64,000 nucleotides of DNA. It comes from an uncultured Chloroflexia bacterium (GTDB lineage Bacteria; Chloroflexota; Limnocylindria; Limnocylindrales; CSP1-4). The translations under genes were made by a program, and so were the position numbers. The notes under the pieces were generated by a model. The model saw only the letters and a list, made by a program, of their open reading frames with translations, had not been told where the DNA came from and made no database searches. The stretch lies in contig CAVRGY010000012.1 of assembly GCA_963720825.1 (NCBI GenBank), forward strand, positions 263-64,262, in the 5' to 3' direction. Shown here one piece after another: positions 1 to 15,525 of this stretch (position 1 is the stretch's first letter; each line of letters starts with the position of its first letter).

Positions 1-1408
1 CGGCAGCCCTTCCGACAGCCCGCACGGGACGGAGATCCCGGGCAGGCCGGCCATGTTGACGGGAAGCGTGCACGCGTCGGACAGGTACATCTGGACGGGG
101 TCCGCCATCCGGGCGCCGAACGGGAAGGCGACGGACGGCGACGTGGGCGCCACCAGGGCGTCGAAGCCCGCCTCCCACAGGCGGTCGAAGTCGCGCTTGA
201 TCAGCGTCCGCACCTTCTGTGCCTTGACGTAGAACGCGTCGTAGTAGCCGGCCGACAGCCCGTACGTGCCGAGCATGATCCGGCGCTTGACCTCGGCGCC
301 GAACCCCTGGCCGCGCGTCGCGAGGTAGTCGGCCAGGTAGTCGTCGCCGCCGCGGACGCTGTAGCCGAACCGGACGCCGTCGTAGCGGGCGAGGTTGGAC
401 GACGCCTCGGCGGGCGCGACGATGTAGTACGTCGCGAGCCCGTAGTCGGTGTGCGGCAGGCTGACCTCCTCGACGATCGCGCCGGCCGCCTCGAGCGCCG
501 CCACCGCCTCGCGCACCCGCGCCTCGACGCCTGGCTCCATGCCGCTCACGAAGTACTCGCGGGGCAGCCCCAGCCGCTTGCCCCGGAGCCACGAGGCCGC
601 CTCGTCGTCGGAGTCGGGCAGGTGGAGCAGGTCGTCGGGCACCGGCACCGGCGCGGACGTCGAGTCGCGCGCGTCGCGCCCCGAGACCGCGTGGAGCAGC
701 GCGGCAGCGTCGCGCGTATCGCGCGCGAGCGGGCCGATCTGGTCGAGGCTGCTGGCAAACGCGACGATCCCGTAGCGGCTCACCCGCCCGTAGGTCGGCT
801 TCATGCCCACGATCCCGCACAGCGCGGCGGGCTGGCGGATCGAGCCGCCCGTATCGGTGCCGATCCCGAGCGGCACCTGGTTGGCCGCCACCGCCGCCGC
901 CGAGCCGCCGCTCGAGCCGCCCGGAACCCGGTCCAGGTCCCACGGGTTGGCGGTCGGACCGAACGCCGAGTGCTCGGTCGACGAGCCCATCGCGAACTCG
1001 TCCATGTTGGTCTTGCCCAGGATCACCGCGCCGGCATCGCGCAATCGCACGGTCACATGGGAATCGAACGGGGCGATGTAGCCGTCCAGGATCCGCGAGC
1101 CGGCGGTGCACTGGCCGCCCGCGACCGAGACCAGATCCTTGAGCGCGACCGGGATGCCGAGCAGCGGGTGGAGGGCATCGACGGCGGCTGCCCCCTCCTC
1201 GCGGGCGGAGGCGAGACGGGCATCGGCGGCATCGGCCTCGGCGAGGGCGCGCTCGTCGTCGACCGTGAGCCAGGCGTGGAGACCGTGATCCGTGGCGTGG
1301 ATACGCCCGAGATGCGCGGCCACCAGGTCCCGGGACGAGGCATCGCCGGCACGGAGCTGCGCGGCCATCTCGTGCGCCGTGAGCTCGCGTCAGATCGAGA
1401 TCGGTCAT
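1..1408 (-). CDS. gatA: Asp-tRNA(Asn)/Glu-tRNA(Gln) amidotransferase subunit A (3' end outside window; apparent +1 frameshift near 1387)
   Basis: Minus-strand translation gives the amidase signature KTNMDEFAMGSSTEHSAF...PGGSSGGSAAA...GTDTGGSIRQPA, plus SSNLARYDGVRFG and EVKRRIMLGTY; directly follows gatC. ATG at 1408 (MTDLDLTR) is one base out of frame with LTAHEM; in-frame ATG at 1368. Confidence 0.93.
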   Translation of the reverse strand, partial: MTDLDLTRAHGARDGRAAPCRRCLVPGPGGRASRAYPRHGSRSPRLAHGRRRARPRRGRCRRCPSRLRPRGGGSRRRCPPPAARHPGRAQGSGLGRGRPVHRRLADPGRLHRPVRFPCDRAIARCRRGDPGQDQHGRVRDGLVDRALGVRSDRQPVGPGPGSGRLERRLGGGGGGQPGAARDRHRYGRLDPPARRAVRDRGHEADLRAGEPLRDRRVCQQPRPDRPARARYARRCRAAPRGLGARRARLDVRAGAGARRPAPPARLRRRGGLVAPGQAAGAAPRVLRERHGARRRGAGARGGGGARGGRRDRRGGQPAAHRLRARDVLHRRARRGVVQPRPLRRRPVRLQRPRRRRLPGRLPRDARPGVRRRGQAPDHARHVRAVGRLLRRVLRQGTEGADADQARLRPPVGGGLRRPGGAHVAVRRLPVRRPDGGPRPDVPVRRVHASRQHGRPARDLRPVRAVGRAA

Positions 1409-1439
1409 CGGGTCACTGCTCGACGAGGCGTCGGTTTGC

Positions 1440-1736
1440 TCATTCGCCGCCCAGGATGGCCGGCACGACGAAGAATTCGCCATCGCGCTCGGGGGCGTTC
1501 GCGAGCACCGCCTCGACGGGCATCGACGGCTGCGCCACGTCCTCGCGCAGGATGTTCTCGAGCTCGATCGTCTGGGCCGTCGGCGGGATGGCGTCGGTGT
1601 CCAGCTCCGCGAGCTTCGTGTACTGGTCCAGGATGTGGTTGAGCTGGCCCTCGAGCCGGGCGAGCTCCTCGTCGGTGAGCCCGAGGCGGGCAAGGTAGGC
1701 GACGTGCTCGACGTCGGCGCGGGTCAGCGTGGCCAT
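1440..1736 (-). CDS. gatC: Asp/Glu-tRNA amidotransferase subunit C
   Basis: MATLTRADVEHVAYLARLGL...LREDV...LANAPERDGEFFVVPAIL, 98 aa, upstream of gatA. Confidence 0.95.
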   Translation of the reverse strand: MATLTRADVEHVAYLARLGLTDEELARLEGQLNHILDQYTKLAELDTDAIPPTAQTIELENILREDVAQPSMPVEAVLANAPERDGEFFVVPAILGGE

Positions 1737-1779
1737 TGCCCGATGATACGCGGACACGCCGGCCGGCCAGCGGCGGGCG

Positions 1780-2634
1780 TCAGACGTCCAGGAAGCGCTT
1801 GAGGAACAGCCGGGTTCGCTCGTGCCGTGGATGGGCGAGCACCTGCTCGGAGGGCCCGATCTCGATGAACTCACCCTCCTCCATGTAGTAGACGCGGTCC
1901 GCGGCCTCCTTCGCGAACGACATCTCGTGGGTGACCACGATCATCGTGCTGCCCTCGTGGGCGAGGCTCTCCATCACCTTCAGCACCTCGCCGACCAGCG
2001 ACGGGTCGAGGGCGCTGGTCGGCTCATCGAACAGCAGGATCTTCGGCTGCATCGTGAGGGCGCGCGCGATGGCGACCCGCTGGCGCTGGCCGCCCGACAG
2101 CCGCGAGGGATACTCGTTGCGCTTGTCGATCAGGCCGACCTTCTCGAGGTACGACTCGGCGATCTCGGTCGCCTCGGCGACCTGCATCTTCTTGACGTGG
2201 ACAGGGGCCTCGATGAGGTTGCCGATCACCGACCGGTGCGGGAACAGGTTGAACTCCTGGAACACCATGCCTGCCTGCAGGCGGAGCTGGCGGATCTGCT
2301 CGCGGGTCTCCTTGGACCGGCCCGCCAGGGGATTGCCGGCCACCCGGATCCCGTCGATGTCGACGACTCCGGCGCTCGGCTCCTCGAGGAAGTTGAGGCA
2401 GCGCAGGAAGGTGCTCTTGCCCGAGCCCGACCGGCCTAGGATCGTGATCGTCTCGCGCGGAAACACCGTCATCGAGCAGCCCTTCAGCACGTGGTTGGTG
2501 CCGAAGTACTTCTCGACCGCCGTCGCCTTCAGGATCGGATCAGCGCCGGGCTTGACGAGCGCGCCGGGGACCTCTTCCGGCTGGATGACGTGAACCGGCA
2601 GGCCATCGGCGCCGGGCCGGGTCGCGACGGTCAT
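1780..2634 (-). CDS. Polar amino acid ABC transporter ATP-binding protein (GlnQ-like)
   Basis: Walker A GRSGSGKST, signature LSGGQRQRVAIARAL, LLFDEPTSALDP, VVTHEM. Confidence 0.93.
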   Translation of the reverse strand: MTVATRPGADGLPVHVIQPEEVPGALVKPGADPILKATAVEKYFGTNHVLKGCSMTVFPRETITILGRSGSGKSTFLRCLNFLEEPSAGVVDIDGIRVAGNPLAGRSKETREQIRQLRLQAGMVFQEFNLFPHRSVIGNLIEAPVHVKKMQVAEATEIAESYLEKVGLIDKRNEYPSRLSGGQRQRVAIARALTMQPKILLFDEPTSALDPSLVGEVLKVMESLAHEGSTMIVVTHEMSFAKEAADRVYYMEEGEFIEIGPSEQVLAHPRHERTRLFLKRFLDV

Positions 2635-3452
2635 CGAACCTCTCCCTTCGCCCGATCGCCTGTGGCCATGCCCCGCTCAAGTCGACCCTGGAAGAACGAG
2701 AACAGAATGGTCATCGCCCAGTACACGAGTGCCGCGATGATCAGGGTTTGCATCGACTGGAACGTGGGCCGCCCCGCGACCTGGGCCTTCCAGAGGATCT
2801 CCTGAACGCCGATGGTGGACACCAGGGAGGAGTCCTTGATCATCGCGATGAAGTCGTTGCCGATCGCCGGGGTGACGATCCGGAATGCCTGGGGGGCGAT
2901 GATCCGCATGAACGTCGTCCGTCCGGTCATGCCCAGCGACTCCGCCGCCTCGGTCTGGCCCTGCGGGACAGCCTGGATGCCGGCACGGAAGATCTCGGTC
3001 ATGTACGCGCCGTAGTTCAAGCCCAGCGCGATGATGCCGCACGCGAGCTCTGGCAGCACGATCCCCGCCTGGGGAAGCGCCAGGTAGATGAACAGGATCT
3101 GGAGCAGCAGCGGCGTCCCGCGGAAGAACGAGACGTAGAAGCTCGCGATGCCGTTCGCGATCGGGTTCCTGGACAGGCGGCCGAGGGCCCCGAGGGCGGC
3201 CAGGGCAATCGCGACCGCGATCGACACGAACGAGACGAAGACCGTCGTCGTGGCGCCGCCCAGGATAAACGGAACAACGGACGTCATGAACGTCCCGTTG
3301 AGCTTGACGGTGACCAGAACGAAGGCCACGAGACCGGCGACGATCAGCAGCCAGACCAGGAGGAACTCGCTGCGCCACAGCCGCGCTCGTCGCTGGTCGG
3401 TCTCCAGGATTCTCGCGCCGAGGCCCGGCGCCGCCCTCACGGTCGTGCTCAC
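2631..3452 (-). CDS. Polar amino acid ABC transporter permease (HisM/GlnP-like)
   Basis: FFRGTPLLLQI, AYMTEIFRAGIQAVPQGQTEAAESLG (EAA motif), hydrophobic segments; GTG start chosen at 3452. Confidence 0.92.
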   Translation of the reverse strand: MSTTVRAAPGLGARILETDQRRARLWRSEFLLVWLLIVAGLVAFVLVTVKLNGTFMTSVVPFILGGATTTVFVSFVSIAVAIALAALGALGRLSRNPIANGIASFYVSFFRGTPLLLQILFIYLALPQAGIVLPELACGIIALGLNYGAYMTEIFRAGIQAVPQGQTEAAESLGMTGRTTFMRIIAPQAFRIVTPAIGNDFIAMIKDSSLVSTIGVQEILWKAQVAGRPTFQSMQTLIIAALVYWAMTILFSFFQGRLERGMATGDRAKGEVR

Positions 3453-3579
3453 CTGTCCATCCTCATCGCTCCGGTGACCTCCGGGGAAGACCTCAGCCGC
3501 GGGCGCGGCCGAGGGGATGTGACGAGGCCCCACCGCCGGCTTGGCTGCGGGGCCTCGAAATCAATGCCGCGTCATCGCG

Positions 3580-4521
3580 TTACGGAGCCGTCGTGACGTC
3601 CTTCTGGAGCCACTTCTCAGAGAAACTGGTCAAGGTGCCGTCGGCGTGCATGGAAGCGATGATCGGGTTGAGGACTGCGATCATCGAGGCATCGGGCGGC
3701 CCGCTCTTGTCCAGTGCGAACGCAACAGAAACGACGAACGGGACGATGCCCGGGAGAACCTTGATTGGCTGGTTCTGCGTCACCGCGTTGGCCAGATCGC
3801 CCTCATTGGCCACGATGGCGTCGAACTTCCGTCCGGCAGCGAGCGCCTGGATGCACTCGTTGTCCGTCGGCAGCGACGTGAGCTGGATGCCCGTCGGCGG
3901 CTGGAGCATGTTGGGGTCGGTGATCTCGAGAGTGCCATTGAGCCACTGCTCGTACGTGGTCGCCGCACCGACGCAGACGGTCTTGCCGTTCAGGTCGGCG
4001 AGGGATGTAGCGGTCGAATCCGTCGGGACGGCGATGCTCCCGTAGTCGTAGTAGTACGGGTCAGTGAAGTCGACGACCTTCGCCCGTCCGCTGGTCACGC
4101 TCATCGAGCCGATCGAGATGTCCCAGCGGCCGCCCCAGCTTCCGGCGGTGATGAGGTCCCAGTTCGGCGTTTGCCAGTCAATCTGGATGTCTTTGCCGAC
4201 CGCGGCGCTGAGACGCTTGACCGTTTCCTCGGCCGTGGAGGTGTCGAAGCCCTCGTACTTGCCGGTGGCCGTGTTCAGGGACGAGAAGGGGGCGTAGTTC
4301 GGGTCCGTCGAGACGCGGAGCGTCCCGGACGCGATGACCTTCCCGAGCAGCGAGTCCGGGTCGACGGTCGGGGCGGGGGTCGCGGACGCGGGCGCTTCGC
4401 TGGCGGCCGTCGACGGGGGTGCAGCCGATGGGGCTGTGGTCGGGGATGTGGACGACCCGCACGCAGCCACCGTGAACACCGCGGCCCATGCAAGGGCCGA
4501 TAGCCGAAGCCTGTTCGTCAT
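3580..4521 (-). CDS. Polar amino acid ABC transporter substrate-binding lipoprotein (family 3)
   Basis: Lipobox VAAC, Ser/Thr/Pro linker, GTLRVSTDPNYAPFS, WDISIGSMSVTSGRAKVVDFTDPYY; AGGAGG upstream. Confidence 0.9.
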   Translation of the reverse strand: MTNRLRLSALAWAAVFTVAACGSSTSPTTAPSAAPPSTAASEAPASATPAPTVDPDSLLGKVIASGTLRVSTDPNYAPFSSLNTATGKYEGFDTSTAEETVKRLSAAVGKDIQIDWQTPNWDLITAGSWGGRWDISIGSMSVTSGRAKVVDFTDPYYYDYGSIAVPTDSTATSLADLNGKTVCVGAATTYEQWLNGTLEITDPNMLQPPTGIQLTSLPTDNECIQALAAGRKFDAIVANEGDLANAVTQNQPIKVLPGIVPFVVSVAFALDKSGPPDASMIAVLNPIIASMHADGTLTSFSEKWLQKDVTTAP

Positions 4522-4693
4522 CTGTCTCCGATCCTCCTGGTCACTTGCGCCGAGACGAGGCTCGGGCGCCGGGACGAGCGTGCGGGCAACGCCTATTGCC
4601 GGGACCTCACGCCCGGGCGATCTGGGCACTATGGCACGTTCCGGTCGCCCCTTCCACTCGGAGGCACAGCCGTCGGTCGGGTCCCGAGCTCGG

Positions 4694-4722
4694 CGGCCGG
4701 AGTTCCGGGGCCACTCCGGCCG
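4694..4722. terminator. GC-rich hairpin downstream of the FAD oxidoreductase (possible terminator)
   Basis: CGGCCGGAGT-N9-ACTCCGGCCG perfect 10-bp stem; no clear U-tract. Confidence 0.35.
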
Positions 4723-4735
4723 GCGGACATCCGCG

Positions 4736-5881
4736 TCAGGCTAGCAGCGTCGGAGCGAAGCGGGTCAACCGGTACGCCTCGAGGCCGGCGACATCGGCGC
4801 CGGTGAGCTCCTCGGTGACGAGCAGGGCAAGGCGCGCCGCGAGGGTGATCCCGCTGTGCGTCACCGTGTGGTACAGGTTGGCGACAATCGGATCGAAGCC
4901 GACGATCGGAAAGCCATCCTTCGGCATCGGCCGGACCCCCCGTCGCACGGCCTCGGCCTCAATGTCCCCGAGGGCCGGCGCAACGGCGCGAGCGTGCTCC
5001 ATGGCCTGGTGGATCCGCGGGTCGGCGACCAGGATCGCTGCGCCGTCCATCGCGTGGCTGTCGAGGGGCTCCCACTGGACCATGACCCGGGACCCCCCGT
5101 CGGGCCGCAGGTTGACGTCGGGCGCGAAGACAACGTGCCGAAGGCGGACCGGCGCGGGCGCGGTGACGATCAGCAGCCCGGGCGTGAGCTCCATCGGCAG
5201 GCTGACCCCTGCGAGCGACGCGACGTGTCCGGCACCCGGGCCGGCAGCGTTCACGACGACATCAGCCTCGAGCTCGGTGCCGTCATCGAGCACCGCTCGC
5301 TCGATCATGCCGCCGGCGACCCTCAGCGCCACAACGTCACCCCGAAGCAGCCTGGCGCCATATCGCTCGACGGCCGCGCTGATGGCCCCATGGGACATCG
5401 CCACCGGGTCAAGCCATCCGGCGCGGTGGACCAGGAAGACCGAATCGACAGTAGTCCGGTCGATCGCAAGGTCGGGCTCCAGCTCGCGCACCGCCTGGTC
5501 CGCGCTCATCCGATCGACCCGGGTGCCCCATTGGGCGAGCTGACGCATCACCTGGTGGAGGACAACCCTCCGGGGCCCGTCCTGCGCCTCGACCCAGTGG
5601 AGGGAGCCCGTGATGTGGATCCAGGAACCGCCGATCTCATCGGCCAGGTCCTCGTGATCCCGGATCGCGAGCATGCTCAGGCGGTGGTACTCCCGGGGTG
5701 GCTTGTCGGTCCCGTTGATATAGGCGAAGGTGTTGCCCGTCGTGCCCGCCCCCGGGAAGCGCCGCTCGACCGTGGTGACCTGCGCTCCCGCCTGCGCGAG
5801 CCGGTAGCTGAGGGCGGCACCGACCGCACCGGCACCGATCACGATGATCCGGGCATCCCGAAGGTAATCCGACGTCGGCAT
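4736..5881 (-). CDS. FAD-dependent oxidoreductase (DadA/glycine-D-amino acid oxidase family)
   Basis: N-terminal Rossmann IIVIGAGAVGA, VVVNAAG, RPMPKDGFPIVG, HSGITLA. Confidence 0.88.
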   Translation of the reverse strand: MPTSDYLRDARIIVIGAGAVGAALSYRLAQAGAQVTTVERRFPGAGTTGNTFAYINGTDKPPREYHRLSMLAIRDHEDLADEIGGSWIHITGSLHWVEAQDGPRRVVLHQVMRQLAQWGTRVDRMSADQAVRELEPDLAIDRTTVDSVFLVHRAGWLDPVAMSHGAISAAVERYGARLLRGDVVALRVAGGMIERAVLDDGTELEADVVVNAAGPGAGHVASLAGVSLPMELTPGLLIVTAPAPVRLRHVVFAPDVNLRPDGGSRVMVQWEPLDSHAMDGAAILVADPRIHQAMEHARAVAPALGDIEAEAVRRGVRPMPKDGFPIVGFDPIVANLYHTVTHSGITLAARLALLVTEELTGADVAGLEAYRLTRFAPTLLA

Positions 5882-5989
5882 CCACCCATTCTCGCAGGCG
5901 ATGTGTCGTGTCCTCGCCCCGATCAACCGGCAACGGGTACGCCTGCCTCGTCGGGAGCACCGGAGGCCGAGGGGCGGCCGGCGACCAGT

Positions 5990-9566
<3,577 letters not shown>

Positions 9567-9732
9567 GGTGAGCAGGATAGGCCGCGGATGGGCGACGACG
9601 CGCGGGTGAGCGACCGGTCCATCCCGCGACCCGGCCGTGGACTTTGATCACCCGCGGCGCCCGGATGGCCACCCGCTCCGTCCGCACGTGACCTGCCGGC
9701 TGGCGCGCCAAGGGTGGCGTAGGCTCCACGGC

Positions 9733-10203
9733 ATGGACAAGATGACCCTGCTCGATGACATCCGCCGCACCCACGCCGAGCTCGAGGCCGCCGTGGCAGC
9801 GCTCGACGACGACGCCCTGATGGCCGCAGCACCGAACATGCCAGGGTGGACGCGCAAGGACGTGCTCGCCCACGTGGAGTGGTGGACTGGGCACTCGGCG
9901 GGCATCGTCAAGGCGCTGCTCGAGGGCCGTGAGCCGTACCCGGCGGACGACACCCCGTTCGACATCGACATCCACAATGCGAAGGTGCTCGCCGAGAGTC
10001 GAGCGCGCTCGATCGAGGACGTCCGCAACGGCGAGGCGGTGGCGTACCGGCGCGTCGTGGCCGCGGTCGAGCAGGCCTCCGAGGCCGATATCGCCGAGCC
10101 CACGCGCTTTCCGTGGCTCGGCGACGAGGCGCTCGGGCAGACCGTTGCCTCCGACACCTCGACGCACTACGTGGAGCACCTGCCGCACCTCGCGCCGAGC
10201 TGA
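9733..10203 (+). CDS. DinB/YfiT-like (ClbS/DfsB, MDMPI-type) four-helix bundle protein
   Basis: GWTRKDVLAHVEWW and C-terminal HYVEH metal-binding pattern; TAGGCT -10 box 7 nt before the ATG. Confidence 0.8.
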   Translation: MDKMTLLDDIRRTHAELEAAVAALDDDALMAAAPNMPGWTRKDVLAHVEWWTGHSAGIVKALLEGREPYPADDTPFDIDIHNAKVLAESRARSIEDVRNGEAVAYRRVVAAVEQASEADIAEPTRFPWLGDEALGQTVASDTSTHYVEHLPHLAPS

Positions 10204-10242
10204 CGTCCGGCGTGTCGCCGCTTGTCCGGTCGACGACGGGGC

Positions 10243-10300
10243 CCGGCCGCGCCTCGCCAATCGCGTCGGTGCCGGCCGCGCCTCGCCAATCGCGCCGGTG
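10243..10300. repeat. 29-bp tandem duplication
   Basis: CCGGCCGCGCCTCGCCAATCGCG(T/C)CGGTG twice in tandem, one mismatch. Confidence 0.85.
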
Positions 10301-10599
10301 ATCGCCTGGTGTGCAAACCCAGGTCTTCGAGCTCGACACAGCCGCGGTCGCGGATCGCCGCAGCAGCCTGCAGCGAGCCTGGGCCGAGGCTGATCGCATG
10401 GTGTGCGTCCAGCCCGGCAAGCCACGCCGCGGACCGCTGCGCGCCCGTTGGGGGCGGTCAAGTGCCGTAGATGCACACGACGTGAGCACGCTCGTGGCGA
10501 TGCCACCGAGGTGGGGATCGAGCCCATGGGACCGAGGCGACGTTCCGGGCGGCGGTGCGGGATCGGCGCCAGGCGGCGCATGGCCTTCGGTCCGTCCGG

Positions 10600-13365
10600 T
10601 TACCCGAGCAGCTCGAGGTTCGCGAGGCTCGCCAGCATCGTCTTGCGGCCGACGACCGGATCCCGGAAGGCGACCGTGACCTCCTCGTCGTCGCGGGTCA
10701 GCTTCGACGTGACGACAATCCCATCGCCCCAGCGTGCGTGCCGGATCCGGTCGCCGTCGCGATAGCGACGCTCGCCGGGGACGATGGGCCGCGCCGGGAT
10801 GACGCCCCGTTCGCGCGGCCCGGCACCGTTGCGGATCGCCGGAACGTCGTCCCAAGTCGCGGCGTCGTCGGCCACACCTCCCCCGAGCCGGCCGAGCGAG
10901 CCCGACGGCGCCCCGGCGGCAAACGCCTCTCGCTTCGCGCCCAGGTCGCGGCCCGGCCGGAACGTCTCGCCCTCGCGTGGTGCGCCGGGCCGCCCGCTCC
11001 CCTGCCGATAGGCGGCCCCACCGGCACGGATCCCGGCCCCGAACCGCGACCCGCGTTCGCGAAACACGAGGTCCGGGTCGATGTCCGCTCCCATGTCGCC
11101 GCTCCCGTGGAGCTGCGGACCGACCATCAGCTCGGACGGGATCTCGAGCAGGAACCGTGACGGGATGCTCATCCCGCCACCACCCCAGGTCGCGCGACGC
11201 CAGGCATGCGACAGGAACAGGCGGCGCTTGGCGCGGGTGATCCCGACGTACGCGAGCCGGCGCTCCTCCTCGAGCTCCTTCTCGTCGTCCAGCGCGCGGT
11301 TGTGCGGGAACACGCCCTCCTCGAGACCGGCGATGAACACGACCGGGAATTCGAGGCCCTTCGCGGCGTGGAGGGTGATGAGCGTCACCGCATCGGCCTC
11401 GCCCTCGTAGCTGTCCTGGTCCGCGACCAGGGCGGTCTCCTCGAGCAGCCGGTCGAGGGCGTCGTCGGGCGACAGGTCGTCGTACCGGGTCGACACCTGG
11501 CGCAGCTCGAGAAGGTTTGCCCAGCGGTCCTCGCCCTCCTCGGAGCCGTCAGCGAGCATCGCCCGGTATCCCGACGCCTCGAGCACCTCGTCGAGCAGCT
11601 CGGGCAAGGGCAGCACGCCGATCCGCTTGCGCAGCCGTCGAACCAGCACCGCGAACTCGCCCATCGACGTCCGGATCCTCGGCCCGATCCCCTCGACCTG
11701 ACCCGTCGCCGCCGCCTCGACGGCCGCCCAGACGTTGTCGTCATGCGCGCTCGCCCAGCGTCGCAGCGCCTGCACCGACCGGTCGCCGATCCCCCGCGCC
11801 GGGACGTTGATGATCCGCTCGAACGACACGCCGTCCGTGTCTGATCGGAGCACCCGCAGGTAGGCGAGCGCGTCCTTGACCTCGCGCCGCTGGTAGAACC
11901 GGGTGCCACCCACGAGCTGGTACCGCAGCCCGTAGCGGAGGAACGCCTCCTCGATCGCGCGGGACTGCGAGTTCATCCGGTACATGACCGCGACATCCCT
12001 GGGCCGGGTCCGCCCCAATTCGTCGTCATCCGCCCGACGCGTCAGCAGCGATCCCCGACCGCCGACCAGCCCCTCGACCTGGCGGGCGATCCACTCGGCC
12101 TCCTCTTCCTCGTTGAAGGCCTCGAAGCGCTGGATCGGGACGCCACCCTGGTTCTGCGTCCACAGCTTCTTGTCCGTCCGCCGCTCGTTTCTCGACACCA
12201 CCGCGTGGGCGGCGTCGAGGATCAGCTGCGTCGAGCGGTAGTTCTGCTCGAGCTTGACGACCGTCGCGTCGGGATAGTCGCGCTCGAAGTCGAGGATGTT
12301 CTGGACGTTCGCCCCCCGCCAGCCGTAGATCGACTGGTCGTCGTCGCCCACCACGCACAGGTTGCGATGCGCCGCGGCGAGCGCCCGGACCCAGAGGTAC
12401 TGCGGCCGGTTCGTGTCCTGGTACTCGTCGACGTGGAGGTAGCTCCAGCGCGCCTGGTACTTCGCGAGGACCTGCGGCGCCTGGTCGAACAGGTCCACGG
12501 CGCGGAGCAGGAGGTCGTCGAAGTCGAGCGCATTGGCGGCCCGCAGCCGCTCCCGGTAGCGCGCCGCCAGCCGGGCGATCACCCGCTCCCGGTGGTTGAC
12601 GGCGTTCTCGGCCAGGAACGTCTCGTCCAGCATCTCGTTCTTGGCCCGGCTGATGGCGCCCAGGATCGCCGCCGGGCGGAACTCGCCGGTGGCCGGCAGG
12701 TCCTCCTCGGCCAGGATCCGCTTCATCAGCTGCTGCTGGTCGTCGGTGTCGTAGATCACGAACCGCCGGCTGAGCCCGATCGCCTCGCCGTCCCGCCGGA
12801 GGACGCGGGCGCACAGGGCGTGGAACGTCCCCGCCTCGACGTCCTTGCCGACGTCGCCGACGAGGGCCGCGATCCGCTCGCGGAGCTCGCCCGCCGCGCG
12901 GTTGGTGAACGTGACGGCGAGGATGCGGTGCGGGCGGACGGCCTCGACCCCGATCAGGTATGCGATCCGGTGCGCGATGACGCGGGTCTTGCCGCTGCCG
13001 GCGCCCGCGAGGATGAGGATCGGGCCACCCGTCGTCGTCACGGCCCGGCCCTGCTCCGGGTTGAGGCGCGACACGATCTCCACGGCCCTGGCCTCCCGCC
13101 GGGCGGCGATGGCGGCGGCGACCGCCTCAGGATCGAGTGCCGGGCCCGCGTTCGCGATCTCGGGGTCCGCGGGGAGGTCCCGCATCCACTCCGGCTCGTC
13201 CGGCGCGTCGTCCGTGGTCTCGTCCGCGGCCGAGACCCCGCCGGTGGTCCCGGCGGCCACGCGCTCGTCCTCCGGTCCCAGGTCCAGCCACGTCCCCTGG
13301 ACGTCGGGCTCGACCGCGCGCGCTCGCCGGCGCTTCGCCTGCTCGCCGGAAGGGGTGGGACTCAC
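10600..13365 (-). CDS. pcrA: ATP-dependent DNA helicase PcrA/UvrD
   Basis: LNPEQ, AGAGSGKT, VDEYQDTN, VGDDDQSIYGWRGA, LEQNYRST, TLHAAKGLEF, EEERRLAYVGITRA, C-terminal Tudor-like domain (GDRIRHARWGDG). Confidence 0.96.
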   Translation of the reverse strand: MSPTPSGEQAKRRRARAVEPDVQGTWLDLGPEDERVAAGTTGGVSAADETTDDAPDEPEWMRDLPADPEIANAGPALDPEAVAAAIAARREARAVEIVSRLNPEQGRAVTTTGGPILILAGAGSGKTRVIAHRIAYLIGVEAVRPHRILAVTFTNRAAGELRERIAALVGDVGKDVEAGTFHALCARVLRRDGEAIGLSRRFVIYDTDDQQQLMKRILAEEDLPATGEFRPAAILGAISRAKNEMLDETFLAENAVNHRERVIARLAARYRERLRAANALDFDDLLLRAVDLFDQAPQVLAKYQARWSYLHVDEYQDTNRPQYLWVRALAAAHRNLCVVGDDDQSIYGWRGANVQNILDFERDYPDATVVKLEQNYRSTQLILDAAHAVVSRNERRTDKKLWTQNQGGVPIQRFEAFNEEEEAEWIARQVEGLVGGRGSLLTRRADDDELGRTRPRDVAVMYRMNSQSRAIEEAFLRYGLRYQLVGGTRFYQRREVKDALAYLRVLRSDTDGVSFERIINVPARGIGDRSVQALRRWASAHDDNVWAAVEAAATGQVEGIGPRIRTSMGEFAVLVRRLRKRIGVLPLPELLDEVLEASGYRAMLADGSEEGEDRWANLLELRQVSTRYDDLSPDDALDRLLEETALVADQDSYEGEADAVTLITLHAAKGLEFPVVFIAGLEEGVFPHNRALDDEKELEEERRLAYVGITRAKRRLFLSHAWRRATWGGGGMSIPSRFLLEIPSELMVGPQLHGSGDMGADIDPDLVFRERGSRFGAGIRAGGAAYRQGSGRPGAPREGETFRPGRDLGAKREAFAAGAPSGSLGRLGGGVADDAATWDDVPAIRNGAGPRERGVIPARPIVPGERRYRDGDRIRHARWGDGIVVTSKLTRDDEEVTVAFRDPVVGRKTMLASLANLELLG

Positions 13366-13457
13366 CGGCCCATTCTAGGTTGGGTCGCCGGTCCCGGACT
13401 TGCGGCAGCTCCGGGTGCGATCGTGCCGAACACGCGGCGAGATCGGGCGGGAATCGA

Positions 13458-13487
13458 ACGGGCCCGGGTCTTGCGACCCGGGCCCGT
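13458..13487 (-). terminator. Terminator-like hairpin after groEL
   Basis: ACGGGCCCGGGTC-TTGC-GACCCGGGCCCGT perfect 13-bp stem (GCAA loop on the minus strand) 20 nt after the groEL stop. Confidence 0.7.
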
Positions 13488-13507
13488 GTTCGTGGCTGCG
13501 AGGTGGA

Positions 13508-15525
<2,018 letters not shown>

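Noticed and set aside
10243-10300. 29-bp repeat as a possible CRISPR repeat
   Set aside because: Only two directly adjacent copies, no spacers, no cas genes.
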